Made by a program: the position numbers and the translations under genes. From NCBI GenBank assembly GCA_000004985.1, contig GG738866.1: a stretch of 64,000 nucleotides of DNA; one strand, written 5' to 3'. Position 1 is the stretch's first letter. Every line of letters begins with the position of its first letter. The stretch comes from Naegleria gruberi (taxonomy: Eukaryota). A model generated the notes under the pieces. The model made no database searches. It was not told the origin of the DNA and worked only from the letters and a program-made list of their open reading frames with translations. Shown piece after piece: positions 11,328 through 22,189 of this stretch.

Positions 11328-11936
11328 ATGGCACTCTCCTATCAAACTGCAACAGAATACATAGCCTCACCAATGTATAGGAAGGCTTCATCAATGCCTG
11401 AATACTTTGATACAGACAGTGAAAATAAGGAGGAAATTACACAAGACCCATTCGAAAACATTATCAATAATACCATTGATGAGGAAGAAGATGATTGCTC
11501 CGATCCATTCTCGGAAGTAGACGAATTTCTTGATAACGAATCTGATCCATTCACAATATCTGATATTGATCCCTTCTTGTTGAAAGATGTTGATCCATTC
11601 CTTGTAGATGACAGAGATCCATTTTATGAAGTTGATGAATTTGATGAGGATGAGGTGGATCCATTTCTTGTGGAAGATACTGACGTTTTTAAGGCTAACT
11701 CATTATTGGATGCTGGAGTAGTGACAGATCCTTTCTTGGCAGAGCATGGAGTTAAATGTTTTGAGGAATATGATGGAGATGATCCATTCTTAATAGAAGA
11801 TGAAGAATATGATGAGAAGGAAATGCATTCTAAAGAAGAGAGCAGAAGTATCTTTGAGTTGGTTTTTACCCTTCACAATTTAGGCTTACTTTGTTTGATG
11901 GTTGCTTTATTAATTCTTTTGGTCAACCACAAATAG
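11328..11936 (+). CDS. Tail-anchored acidic protein with nine DPF motifs.
   Basis: ATG at 11328. Nine DPF tripeptides are embedded in D/E-rich sequence (QDPFENI, SDPFSEV, SDPFTIS, IDPFLLK, VDPFLVD, RDPFYEV, VDPFLVE, TDPFLAE, DDPFLIE). There is a single C-terminal TM (LGLLCLMVALLILLV) followed by NHK. Confidence 0.6.
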   Translation: MALSYQTATEYIASPMYRKASSMPEYFDTDSENKEEITQDPFENIINNTIDEEEDDCSDPFSEVDEFLDNESDPFTISDIDPFLLKDVDPFLVDDRDPFYEVDEFDEDEVDPFLVEDTDVFKANSLLDAGVVTDPFLAEHGVKCFEEYDGDDPFLIEDEEYDEKEMHSKEESRSIFELVFTLHNLGLLCLMVALLILLVNHK

Positions 11937-12080
11937 AGATTAAAAAAACTAGGATGTAGTAATAAATGTAAATAAAATTAATATCTAACGGAAGAGAAAT
12001 TGTACAATTCTCCTAATAATATAATTTGTTTTTGATTATTTGTTTGAGTTTGGTGTAACTTGATGATTTGTCACATTTCT

Positions 12081-13070
12081 TCAATCTTTCCAATTTGAAA
12101 ATTGTCTTCTGACTTTAAAATCTAAAGGCGTTGAAAATTTTCTCTGTGCAATAGCAAAGCATTCTTCTTTCAAATGTTTGTCTTCCACTGCTGAATAAAG
12201 AAAGGAAAAGGTATTCCATTGAAACTCATTTAAAAAGGATTTTTTAGAGTATCTGACCAGTAGGTCAGGGGCAAGATCACGGTAGCTTGCCAATACATTT
12301 GGATTCCTATTGATTGCTTGAATCAGTTCGTTAGAATGGCCATCAACTACAATTTCATAAACAAACAAGTTATTGAACATGTATTGGAAAAATGAAATAT
12401 TATCGCGAGTGGCCAACACATTTCTAATTAAGGTTCTCTTATGAGTATCAAATCCATACTTATCAAATAATAGTATCAATTCATAATTTAAAAACATGTC
12501 TCTGAATAATATCGTGGGATCATAGATTGATTGTATCATTCTAACGAATGCATACTCTTTCTCTTCCTCCAAGTCGACAATCAGCTCATTACTATTCGAT
12601 TCTATCATACCCAATGAAAACATATTCTTGAAAAAGTCACTATTCTCTGCAAGCACCATTTTGTGTACTTTCAAGCTGTTAATCTCTTTCCCTTGTTTCA
12701 TAAACTTAATAGTAAAATCAGAGTACAGATCATTATTAAAAAATGATCTATAACCGTCTGTTATAATTAATTCTTTGACTCGTGGTGTTTCATTCTCTTC
12801 TTCAGAAGTGGGGAGTGTGAAATATTCAGTAGAAAACGATGAATCAAACAGTAGTGGTAAATTATTGTTAGATTCCAGTGTTAGAGGAACCTTTCTAAAT
12901 TTCCTTGTTTGCAAATATTCAGCAACAAGTAGTCCATCTCTTTCTTCCTTCCTATCCTTCTCAAAGACTGAGTAAAATTCCCACCTCCACTCCTCAAAGC
13001 TCTTCCCTTTACATTCTTCAGCAAAGGTTAGGCTCATATATTGATCATTATTGGCCACAAATCCAAACAT
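12081..13070 (-). CDS. BTB/POZ domain protein.
   Basis: ATG at 13070-13068. The segment DFTIKFMKQGKEINSLKVHKMVLAENSDFFKNMFSLGMIESNSNELIVDLEEEKEYAFVRMIQSIY fits the BTB-fold consensus (D..i.v.g..f.aHr.vLaa.S.yF..mf.....e....i.l..v....f..ll.fiY). Confidence 0.6.
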   Translation of the reverse strand: MFGFVANNDQYMSLTFAEECKGKSFEEWRWEFYSVFEKDRKEERDGLLVAEYLQTRKFRKVPLTLESNNNLPLLFDSSFSTEYFTLPTSEEENETPRVKELIITDGYRSFFNNDLYSDFTIKFMKQGKEINSLKVHKMVLAENSDFFKNMFSLGMIESNSNELIVDLEEEKEYAFVRMIQSIYDPTILFRDMFLNYELILLFDKYGFDTHKRTLIRNVLATRDNISFFQYMFNNLFVYEIVVDGHSNELIQAINRNPNVLASYRDLAPDLLVRYSKKSFLNEFQWNTFSFLYSAVEDKHLKEECFAIAQRKFSTPLDFKVRRQFSNWKD

Positions 13071-13426
13071 TGATAATTATGGCTGCAAAGTCTTATTGTC
13101 CTTTTTTTAAGATTTGATCAGCAAACTTAACAAGATCTTTTGAAAGTTATTTAACGAAGGAATTCTGTTGGGAGGAAATTCCAGCGAAGGGAATTTTCCA
13201 TCAAAACGTTTTTGAAAAATCCCTTCAGCAATAACAGATTATTAACAACAATCATATCAGCTGGTATGATTACAGGAAGGCTTTTGGTAGAGTTGAAAGA
13301 AAATTCAGAATAAATTCGGGTGTTGATCATTTCCCAATATTTTTTACCGTTAATTTATTTCTAAATATTAATATTTAAAAAGAAGAAGAAAATATCATCC
13401 CACACCATCACATTTTAGCTAAAATA

Positions 13427-13834
13427 ATGTATAATCTAGAACAATTAGAACAACTTTCACTCTACGTGATGAGAAGGTTTGGAGAGTATTTCCAAGTCGT
13501 CTCAGCCTTTTCCAAAATTAATAACAACAACTCGGATAAGATTGAACAAATCAGAGGAAGAATTAACGAACAACGTGAATTGTTGGATACATTAAAGAAG
13601 GACGTTGAAATCAATAGGAACAAGTACTCGGAATCAGAAATCAAAGCCTTTGAAATTGAAATTGAGAAGAGTGAGAAGAGGCTAGCCAAGCAAGTTGAAA
13701 TTCTTCATCAATACGAAAATCAAGTTGATACAATGCATCATACGACATTTAATTTGAGTTTTAAATTAATTGTACAGGTGATCATTGCTCTAACTGTTTT
13801 GGCGTTAATGTTTTATATGGTGTTTTTTTGGTAG
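13427..13834 (+). CDS. Small tail-anchored coiled-coil protein (SNARE-like or Sec20/Use1-like?).
   Basis: ATG at 13427. It is 135 aa: a central heptad region (EIKAFEIEIEKSEKRLAKQVEILHQYENQ), then a single C-terminal TM (LIVQVIIALTVLALMFYMVFFW) with almost no lumenal tail. Confidence 0.45.
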   Translation: MYNLEQLEQLSLYVMRRFGEYFQVVSAFSKINNNNSDKIEQIRGRINEQRELLDTLKKDVEINRNKYSESEIKAFEIEIEKSEKRLAKQVEILHQYENQVDTMHHTTFNLSFKLIVQVIIALTVLALMFYMVFFW

Positions 13835-14190
13835 ATTGGTTGATAATAGTGTTCATGAAATTGGATATGATATCAATTGAATGGACAATTCTGGTTTGAA
13901 GGATCTTTGAGTTCTTTTGAACTTTATGTCACTGTAGTTAAATTGTTAAACACGAAGTTTACAAACCAGGACAAATGTATCGTACTTCAGCAAGTCGCAA
14001 GAGCTTCAAAAGTTATTTGATAATTATGAACTGATTACTCATCAACAAACATACTAAATATGGTAATTTTATATGGAAAGTTGTTGTCGATTTTTTGGGA
14101 ATGCTCAATTATTGGACTATATCTTATGATTTATGAAACAAAAAAAGATTTTATTCTAATTGATTCAGAATCTTTAAGTTACAAAAAAAG

Positions 14191-17100
14191 ATGAAACAGT
14201 TACTCTCACCGAAATCTATATTACTTTTTATAATACTATCTATAGCTTCTATTGGATGGATGGTTATTGGCCAAGAGTTGCCCTACTCTTCATCATGGTC
14301 AATTACCAACTCGAATATTCAAACATGTAATACTATACGTGGTCAACAGGATGATTACTTTTATATGGGAGGTAAATTCAGTGGCAGTATTGATACAAGT
14401 GCTATAGGAGTCATATCTCCCGATAGATTTAATAACTCTGTAGTTTTGGCAACATCATTAACGAGTGAGGCGTATGCACTTAAGGTTCAAAAGTCAACTG
14501 GTAAGGTTGACTCATCTATTCAATTTGCACCAAGTGGCAATACAGAAACGATTCAAAGTTCAGAAATTATTTCAATAGGAACGAGTACTCAATTTCAAAT
14601 ATTTGCAGGAATTATCAATACAAATCAAGGAATTTTCATTTCAAAGTTTAACACCAATGGAATGGAATGGACACAAACCTATTTATTTTCGAGTGGAAAT
14701 TACATTACAGTGAGAGATTCAAAAGTGGTTGATACGAGTATTGTCATTGTAGGAACATACAGAGGAGACATTTCCATTAGTAATGGTTCAATTGCTCTCA
14801 CTTCATCCTCGAGTCAAGATTACGAAAACATGTTCATTGCTATTTTGGATATGACTGGATCTATTCAATATATCTATACTAATAATGGTAATAATGCTAA
14901 AGTCATACCACAGAATTTGCACTTGTCTTCAAATGGTGAATTTTGCTATGTTATGGGAGTTTTCAGCGGATCAACTTTGTCATTCACCAAATCCACTAGC
15001 TCATCAGAACAGCTAACTCTCACTTCAACAACTTCTACAGATCAGTACGATTTATTCCATCTCAAATATTCCATCACTAGTAAGGAGTTGGTTTGGCTCA
15101 TGGGCACTACAGGACCTCATCAGATGGACTATTCATACAAGATTGTTGGCAGCTCACCTTCGACCATTTATGCCTTCAGGGATATTATCATTGATCAGGG
15201 ATATAGTGAAAGCAGTGATTGTGGCAGCCAAACAGATGTTCCTATTGCAACTCTGACAAGGAATTTATTCACACTTCTCTCATCGAATGTTCTCTTTGGT
15301 GGAGCATCAGCCACAGGTTCTCAGAGTTTGAGCTTTTTCAAAGCTTTGGATTTTGCAGGATTTTCCAATTCAATTCTCTTCGATAATGGAACTACTTCAT
15401 CTGTTATGAACATTTCCAGATCGACACCACTAACTCTCTCTTCGACAGGATTTACTACCTGTCCTAACAAACAAGCTCTGATGAACTATTCCACAGAGTA
15501 TACATTGAATTATGCCAGTGGTTCCGAGACTATCCTTCTCAAATCCTATGTGAGCATACCAAAGTTATTGTTCACTTCCAATTACAATGTTGGTGTAATT
15601 AATTATGCTGGTATTACATCCACTTTGACATTTAACATGCCAAGTACACTGCTGAGTGTTATCGATAAGAATCTGGTTGTTGATGTTGGTGGAACGAAAA
15701 GGCCAGTGAAGAATTCCAATAATGTCTATACGGCAGACTTGTTTTCAACCACTGTAGGATGGAATAATATCACTATTTATTTCAATAATACTGCTCAGAA
15801 CAGGTATGATTTGATTTCTATGAATTCTGTCAAGACTTTCTTCTTTGATGATTCTTTGGTTATCAGTATTCAGAATAGTACAATTTTATTCAATAGCAGT
15901 ACTTTGAATAATGGTAGAGGTACACTAACATTGACAGGATTATTGAATTCCACGTATAATTTCCCACAGGAATATGTCAGCTCTATTATGTGTAGAGTGG
16001 CTCAACAAAATTTTGCTACCAATATTGATGGTAATCAGATTACATGTCAAAATGTTCCATTTTCAGAGAGGAACACGACAGTAGTACTTGTCTATAGATA
16101 CAGCAACTCTATTTTCTATAACATTTCAAGAAGTTTGGATTTGAGTTTTATTGAAACACGGACACTTACAACTTCTTCACAATACAGGGTGATTACAACA
16201 GATGAGCAAACCAAGGGATCGTTTGCTTTGTCTTTAACAATCGGTAAAACAATGGGCTCTTTGGATGTCAAATTGCAAGCAACAAATCAAAATGGAGCTG
16301 CTTCTTATTTACCATTTACAGTTTCATCAGGTACAAGTATTTCTGCAACCTTGGCAGTGGCTCAATTTGAAAAGGCAAATTTGAAATTTATGGTAAAATC
16401 TCAGAATGACTATGTGGATTTTACCAACACAATTTCTATTCAATTCTTGAAGCAAGTCAAGTTTACATCCTTGTCGAGTACCATTGATAATTCGAGACAA
16501 ATGAAGACCGCATTCAGTATTCAACCAAACCTGATAGATTCATTGAAATCTCAGCTAACTTGCCAATATAATGAGAGTCCAACATTGAGAACTGCTTTGA
16601 ATAGTACTGATAATACATGTAATATTGACAATCGATTCCTTTCCACAAACAATACTCTCCAATTATTGCTTAATATGGGAAATAATGTTTATTTACAAAT
16701 ATCAGACAGTATTTCATTGACATCTCCCTCACTACCAACAATATCCTTCCTATTTACTCCTAATTTTGGTATCAGTGGATTTACTAATATTACAACCGAA
16801 ATTACATCTCAAGATTTGATATTTGAACAATTGAAAAGAAATTTACAAATAGAAATTAATTCCATTCGTTATACACCAACTGTTGGGTCAGATGGAAAGG
16901 TTTCATTTCCACTTGTAACCTCAGTAGCCGGCTGGAATAATTTGACAGTTCTTGGAAAATATTCAACCAATGACACTTCATACTCTGTGATCAGCACTCA
17001 GAGTAAGATTTATTTCTTTAATACTCCACAAACAAATATTTTCACTTTCCCTAATGGAAATATCACACTCCTCACTCCATCCAGCAGTAGAAATTTCATG

Positions 17101-20100
17101 ATTGACTTGGTATTGAGTTCTCCCTTTGATATTCCTTATACCTTACTGAGTCCAAACAACTTTTTCTGTAACATATTTGGAGAGTCATATAGTGCCCAAT
17201 TTGTTTCCAGTACCAGAGTTCAATGTCAAAATGTAGTAAGCAGAGAAGGTGAAACTGATTCTTTTATCACAACTTCTATTCGAAATACCACATTTGAAAT
17301 ATCTTCGAGAAGTCTGTTCACCTTTGTTAAAACAAGAGAAATCAAACCTGTTGGAGTGTCTCTCATTCAATCTACTGATTTTTATATTGGAACATTGCCT
17401 CAAACACAAGCAACCTATTCGTTGCAGATTAATATTGAAGATAGCTTGTTCACTGCTCTACAAATTGAAAATACTCAAAAACTTGCTATTCAACTTACTG
17501 ATCTGCTAACCAATCAGAAACAAGTCAGATTCCCACAAATTACCAGAGGATTAAACATGTCTACTCTTTCACTCAACTTGGACGTTGCCACTTCCCAGTC
17601 CATTTTCAAATATGAAATTAGAGTATTGTTTAAAGGACTGGAGATTTCTCAAGTTGCATTAAAGTATCTTCTTGTGAGAGAATCACCAATTGGAAAGGTA
17701 ATTTCCTCCAGAGATTCCACTGATAATTTACTCATCAACATGCCAAGAATTTTATCAACAGCAACTTCAATTAGTGACGATGAAAAGTTAATTATGGACA
17801 GAGTGTACTGCTCTCTTGGAGATTCAACTCTTTCCAAGGTTACCTATTCTGTGAGTGGTGGTATTCAATGTAAATTTGCAACTGATTTCACATCAACACA
17901 AACCAAATCAGTTCAACTCTTCATGTCCATCAATACTGTGGCCACAAATAGTTCAGTTATCAAAATATCCTCCAACTCACAACAAGCATATCCAATCTAT
18001 TGTTATTCAATTCCTCACTATTTACCAACTGTTTGTTCTTCAAAGGGAACTTGTAAGCAAACTGATAACTGTACATGTACCAACAATTTCCAAGGAAATG
18101 ATTGCAGTTTCACCCAATGTTTTGGAATTGCATCCACTGATAAGACTGTCTGCAGTGGATACGGTCAGTGTCCAACCTCAAATAATTGTGTTTGTAATGC
18201 AGGATTTAGTGGCACAAGATGTGAAAATAAGGTCATGTATGTTTCTGAGGACAAATCATGGCTATCCACCAGTGAATCTATGAGCAGTTTACCAAGATCG
18301 CAACTCTCTGCTCTAATAGAAACAGAGAGTTTGTCCAAAGTTGAATGTGCATCTTTATTAGCAACTGCATCTATTGATACCATTGGAGTTGATGCATTTT
18401 GTTTTGTGAACTCTGTTGATATTGTAATCATGTTGAACAGGAACGTTATGAACAATACTGTATTACTATCTTCCTCGACTATTGGTAGCATCCTTTCGAA
18501 ATCATTTTCACAATATCAAGTGCTTGACACTAAAGGAAAGTCAACCAGTCCAGAAATTCTATTAAGAACTAGTTTCTCAAGTGTGAATTTCCCTGCTGTG
18601 GTTGAACCGCTCATTGTCACTGCATCACCTCTCTCAAATTTAGGTCTATCATGGCAAAGTGATGATCCAACTATTAACAGTCAACTTTCTTCATTTGCCA
18701 ATCAGTCAATTATCAAACTGAATTTAGGAGCAAAAACAAGACAAAATGTAATTTCTAATGGAGCTGTTAATTTGGTTTTGCAAGTTGCCGATTCAACATT
18801 CAATACTTTGACCAAATATTCCACTAAATTGCTTTTGAATCAATCTTCCAACTCTGGAGAAGCAATATTCAATTATGGAGGATCTCAAATTGAATGCCAA
18901 TCCTTTGCCTCATGTGATATTGCCTTTAGTGTTGCTCCTATTAAGGGGTCTTCTATTAGGTCATCTTTCAATCCTGACATTGGAAATATAACTACAAACT
19001 ACATTCATAATTTGAAAAGTTTTGCAGAGGGTTGTTCTACTGTATATTCCCTGCGTAGCAGTGAGAGCAAACAACTGTGTATTAAGATTAGAGATAAGGG
19101 TGTTATTCAATACTATTTGGATGTCAATACTCAACAAGATAATTCCATTGTAGTCACTTTGAGTCAATTCAACACTTCCTCTAAAGTATATTCAATTATT
19201 ACCAGTTCTAACTCTGATATTATACAATTGATTAATTTGAATACTAACACTTCTGTGCAAGGCGCGAAGGATGGAAGTAGTTCAGCAGTATATTTCAAGG
19301 GAATCAAAGAGCAAGAACCATACGAGATTAGATTTACTAGTTCATTAGGAAAGGCCTCCCTCAAGATTCAATATTCCACAAGTATGCAACTCAAGCTCTT
19401 AACATTCATTCCTAAAGTAATGGGAAGAAAATCTTCATTGATATTGTCTTCTCTGGTTGACTCTGATAGCAGCACAGTTCAACAAGTTGATTTCCTGTTA
19501 ACAAAGAAAGGCCAATCACAATCCACGTCTCTTCCAATAGTTCAACAATATAATGATCTGACCTTTTCACAAGCCCTGTTGAATGCTTCACTTTTAGATA
19601 GTGGATCTTTCTACATTCTGAGAGTTCAATCAAGGAATGCTAAAGGACATGTAACCTATATTGAACAATCTTTCTATGTACAATTAGAACCAAACTATAA
19701 TATCAATTGTGCTATTACTCCAAAAGAAGGAATTGCTTATGAAACAGAATTTACAATTTCATGTTTATCCAATAATTTAGATTTAGATACTTATCAATTC
19801 CTCATAACGAATGGTACTCATCAATTAGAGCTTTCCAAAGGAAGAAAGAGAGCATTCTTTACTAGAATTGGATTTTTACAAAATGCCAAACTTCAAGTCA
19901 AAACTAATGATGTTTGGAATAGTGAAAAGACAACAGAGTTCCCAATCCAACTCAAACATCCAAAACAAGTTTATCAAACATCTTTAGAATTTTATCAATA
20001 TTTAACAAGAAAAGTTCAGGATCTTCTCAATGAAGAAGTTTCTCCAAACAGTTTAGGATTTGATTATGTCAACAGTGTCATCACCTTCATGTCAATTCTT

Positions 20101-22182
20101 GGTGCTGACTCGAGTATTGTACCAAATTATGAATATAGAACAGAGTTGGGTTTGAGCTTGCTGGATATATTCGAAAAAGTCGTTGGCTATGCTAAACAGA
20201 ATAAGGATTCTACGTATATTGGAAGAAGTTTACCGATAATGAATCAATTCTTGCAACAATTTTCAAATACCACACAAACAAATAGAGATAGAGTCTATGG
20301 ACTGATCAACTCTACGTTGGATATATTACAAGACTTTTCATCAACTAATCCAAGTAGTAGTATTAATGATATATTTACTATTGTTGACAGAATTATTCCA
20401 CTAGTAGCAACTGATTTACAAACTCAATTATTCAACAAATTGAGAATAGTTAATCAACAGAATTTGTTTGGAAAGATGAAGAATGGTTATTTGGTTTCAA
20501 ACTTCTCCAAACTTTCCAATACTACTCTTGAAAATTATCAAATCATTAACTTGAATGTGTTGGGAAGAAAAATTTCAGAGCCAATCAATCTCGGTACACT
20601 TTCACTCAATCTTCCTTCACAAATTAGTTCAGATTCTTTGAATTCTCTATTTGAAGTGAGTGCTCTAATTTATCAAACCAAATCCAAAACAAGTAGAACA
20701 TTACAACAAGCTACCTCTATTCCTAATGTACAAGTTGCACTAACGAAGAATTCCATTCCACTTACCGATTCTTCACTAAATGTCAACATTACCTTCCCAA
20801 TCCAATTGAATAGTAAGACAAGAGCCCAATGTAGATCATTTTCCTTCCAGGAAGAACCAAAGAATCACACAACATTCCAATCCGAATCAGCAGTGGTATG
20901 CTTAGTGGCACTCTCAGATTTGAATAGAAACTTGTATATTTATACCTATGAAGGTATTTTTATAGGACCACTGCCACAAAATAGTGATAATGTGAAAGGT
21001 CCACTTCTTCAGGATAACACCTTGACCATAGCTTTGGCCACCATTTTGTCAACTGTTGGTTTGATATTTATATGCTGTTCACTCCTGGTATTGTTGTTCA
21101 TTATTGGAAAATGTAGAGGAAGAGGAAAGAAGGAAAATACACCAAATATGACAGAGTTTACCTATAAGGCATCTGGATCTCATTCTCCAATTGGAATTTC
21201 AGATCATTCTTCATCTGATAAGAATTCTGATACTTCATCAGAAAAACAACAAACTGAAAAGAATATCAATCAACGAGTGACTGAGAATGTTGAGCTATTG
21301 AATGGACAATATCAATTATTAGAAACCATTTCCATTCACTCCAACTATACTCTCTATAGAGCTAATAATATTAGTACAGGTCAGGTTGTGTGTATTAAGA
21401 AGATTGGATTTTCTTCTTTTGAGGAAATTAATTCATCATCCTCTGTTATTGTGAAAGAGTATACGAACATGTCTCGTACTCAACATGCTAATATTGTCAA
21501 GTTACACGAGGTGTTTGTTGATACAAGTCTTAAGGCAGTTTGTTTAGCTCTTGAATATTTCGAGCTTGGAAATTTGAATGAATTACTACTCAAGCGAATT
21601 CAACAAAACCAAATATTTGATGAGATTCATATTGGTCAGATATTGTATCAACTTTCCCAAGCTCTTTCGTATCTTCATGATGAATGTGGATTGTGTCACA
21701 GGAATATCAGGTTGGAAAACATATTTGTAAGACAATTTACACCACAAAAAATTGATATTTGTTTGGGTGAATTTACAGATTCGAGATCCAGAAACTCACT
21801 CAAAATAGAACATGATGTGCAAGACCAATCGTTTGGATCTGCTATAAGTTCTTATAAGTTTGGTAATTTTACCAAAGCTGTGAAGGAAAATGCAATCAAA
21901 TCTACCAGTGACCAGTTTACGTCTGAAGATACATTCCAGGTTGCGTGTGTAATGTACAAACTAATGTCGTTTGATATGGAGAGTAAGGTCAATTCATTAT
22001 TTGAGGAGTATGAGTTTGAAAAAGACGTATTCACATTGCTAGAATCAAGGATACACTCATCATATTCTAGTGAAATAGTTTCCATCATCTTGTCAATGTT
22101 TGCTCGAGAAGAAAAAAATCGTCCAACAATGAACCAAGTCACCAATTTATTGGGCAATGTATTCAAGTTTGAAACACAATAA
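14191..22182 (+). CDS. Giant (2663 aa) type-I membrane receptor with a cytoplasmic pseudokinase domain.
   Basis: It is a single 7992-nt ORF with an ATG at 14191. It starts with a signal peptide (MKQLLSPKSILLFIILSIASIGWMVIG). The ectodomain is about 2250 aa, S/T/N-rich, with many N-x-S/T sites and two tenascin-type EGF modules around nt 18030-18230 (CSSKGTCKQTDNCTCTNNFQGNDC...CSGYGQCPTSNNCVCNAGFSGTRCE). One TM lies at about 21025-21110 (TIALATILSTVGLIFICCSLLVLLFIIGKCRGRGKK). A kinase-like domain of about 270 aa follows. It has VCIKK (a VAIK-like Lys), HRNIRLEN instead of HRDLKPEN, LGEF instead of DFG, and no GxGxxG loop. Confidence 0.8.
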   Translation: MKQLLSPKSILLFIILSIASIGWMVIGQELPYSSSWSITNSNIQTCNTIRGQQDDYFYMGGKFSGSIDTSAIGVISPDRFNNSVVLATSLTSEAYALKVQKSTGKVDSSIQFAPSGNTETIQSSEIISIGTSTQFQIFAGIINTNQGIFISKFNTNGMEWTQTYLFSSGNYITVRDSKVVDTSIVIVGTYRGDISISNGSIALTSSSSQDYENMFIAILDMTGSIQYIYTNNGNNAKVIPQNLHLSSNGEFCYVMGVFSGSTLSFTKSTSSSEQLTLTSTTSTDQYDLFHLKYSITSKELVWLMGTTGPHQMDYSYKIVGSSPSTIYAFRDIIIDQGYSESSDCGSQTDVPIATLTRNLFTLLSSNVLFGGASATGSQSLSFFKALDFAGFSNSILFDNGTTSSVMNISRSTPLTLSSTGFTTCPNKQALMNYSTEYTLNYASGSETILLKSYVSIPKLLFTSNYNVGVINYAGITSTLTFNMPSTLLSVIDKNLVVDVGGTKRPVKNSNNVYTADLFSTTVGWNNITIYFNNTAQNRYDLISMNSVKTFFFDDSLVISIQNSTILFNSSTLNNGRGTLTLTGLLNSTYNFPQEYVSSIMCRVAQQNFATNIDGNQITCQNVPFSERNTTVVLVYRYSNSIFYNISRSLDLSFIETRTLTTSSQYRVITTDEQTKGSFALSLTIGKTMGSLDVKLQATNQNGAASYLPFTVSSGTSISATLAVAQFEKANLKFMVKSQNDYVDFTNTISIQFLKQVKFTSLSSTIDNSRQMKTAFSIQPNLIDSLKSQLTCQYNESPTLRTALNSTDNTCNIDNRFLSTNNTLQLLLNMGNNVYLQISDSISLTSPSLPTISFLFTPNFGISGFTNITTEITSQDLIFEQLKRNLQIEINSIRYTPTVGSDGKVSFPLVTSVAGWNNLTVLGKYSTNDTSYSVISTQSKIYFFNTPQTNIFTFPNGNITLLTPSSSRNFMIDLVLSSPFDIPYTLLSPNNFFCNIFGESYSAQFVSSTRVQCQNVVSREGETDSFITTSIRNTTFEISSRSLFTFVKTREIKPVGVSLIQSTDFYIGTLPQTQATYSLQINIEDSLFTALQIENTQKLAIQLTDLLTNQKQVRFPQITRGLNMSTLSLNLDVATSQSIFKYEIRVLFKGLEISQVALKYLLVRESPIGKVISSRDSTDNLLINMPRILSTATSISDDEKLIMDRVYCSLGDSTLSKVTYSVSGGIQCKFATDFTSTQTKSVQLFMSINTVATNSSVIKISSNSQQAYPIYCYSIPHYLPTVCSSKGTCKQTDNCTCTNNFQGNDCSFTQCFGIASTDKTVCSGYGQCPTSNNCVCNAGFSGTRCENKVMYVSEDKSWLSTSESMSSLPRSQLSALIETESLSKVECASLLATASIDTIGVDAFCFVNSVDIVIMLNRNVMNNTVLLSSSTIGSILSKSFSQYQVLDTKGKSTSPEILLRTSFSSVNFPAVVEPLIVTASPLSNLGLSWQSDDPTINSQLSSFANQSIIKLNLGAKTRQNVISNGAVNLVLQVADSTFNTLTKYSTKLLLNQSSNSGEAIFNYGGSQIECQSFASCDIAFSVAPIKGSSIRSSFNPDIGNITTNYIHNLKSFAEGCSTVYSLRSSESKQLCIKIRDKGVIQYYLDVNTQQDNSIVVTLSQFNTSSKVYSIITSSNSDIIQLINLNTNTSVQGAKDGSSSAVYFKGIKEQEPYEIRFTSSLGKASLKIQYSTSMQLKLLTFIPKVMGRKSSLILSSLVDSDSSTVQQVDFLLTKKGQSQSTSLPIVQQYNDLTFSQALLNASLLDSGSFYILRVQSRNAKGHVTYIEQSFYVQLEPNYNINCAITPKEGIAYETEFTISCLSNNLDLDTYQFLITNGTHQLELSKGRKRAFFTRIGFLQNAKLQVKTNDVWNSEKTTEFPIQLKHPKQVYQTSLEFYQYLTRKVQDLLNEEVSPNSLGFDYVNSVITFMSILGADSSIVPNYEYRTELGLSLLDIFEKVVGYAKQNKDSTYIGRSLPIMNQFLQQFSNTTQTNRDRVYGLINSTLDILQDFSSTNPSSSINDIFTIVDRIIPLVATDLQTQLFNKLRIVNQQNLFGKMKNGYLVSNFSKLSNTTLENYQIINLNVLGRKISEPINLGTLSLNLPSQISSDSLNSLFEVSALIYQTKSKTSRTLQQATSIPNVQVALTKNSIPLTDSSLNVNITFPIQLNSKTRAQCRSFSFQEEPKNHTTFQSESAVVCLVALSDLNRNLYIYTYEGIFIGPLPQNSDNVKGPLLQDNTLTIALATILSTVGLIFICCSLLVLLFIIGKCRGRGKKENTPNMTEFTYKASGSHSPIGISDHSSSDKNSDTSSEKQQTEKNINQRVTENVELLNGQYQLLETISIHSNYTLYRANNISTGQVVCIKKIGFSSFEEINSSSSVIVKEYTNMSRTQHANIVKLHEVFVDTSLKAVCLALEYFELGNLNELLLKRIQQNQIFDEIHIGQILYQLSQALSYLHDECGLCHRNIRLENIFVRQFTPQKIDICLGEFTDSRSRNSLKIEHDVQDQSFGSAISSYKFGNFTKAVKENAIKSTSDQFTSEDTFQVACVMYKLMSFDMESKVNSLFEEYEFEKDVFTLLESRIHSSYSSEIVSIILSMFAREEKNRPTMNQVTNLLGNVFKFETQ

Positions 22183-22189
22183 AAGTTTA

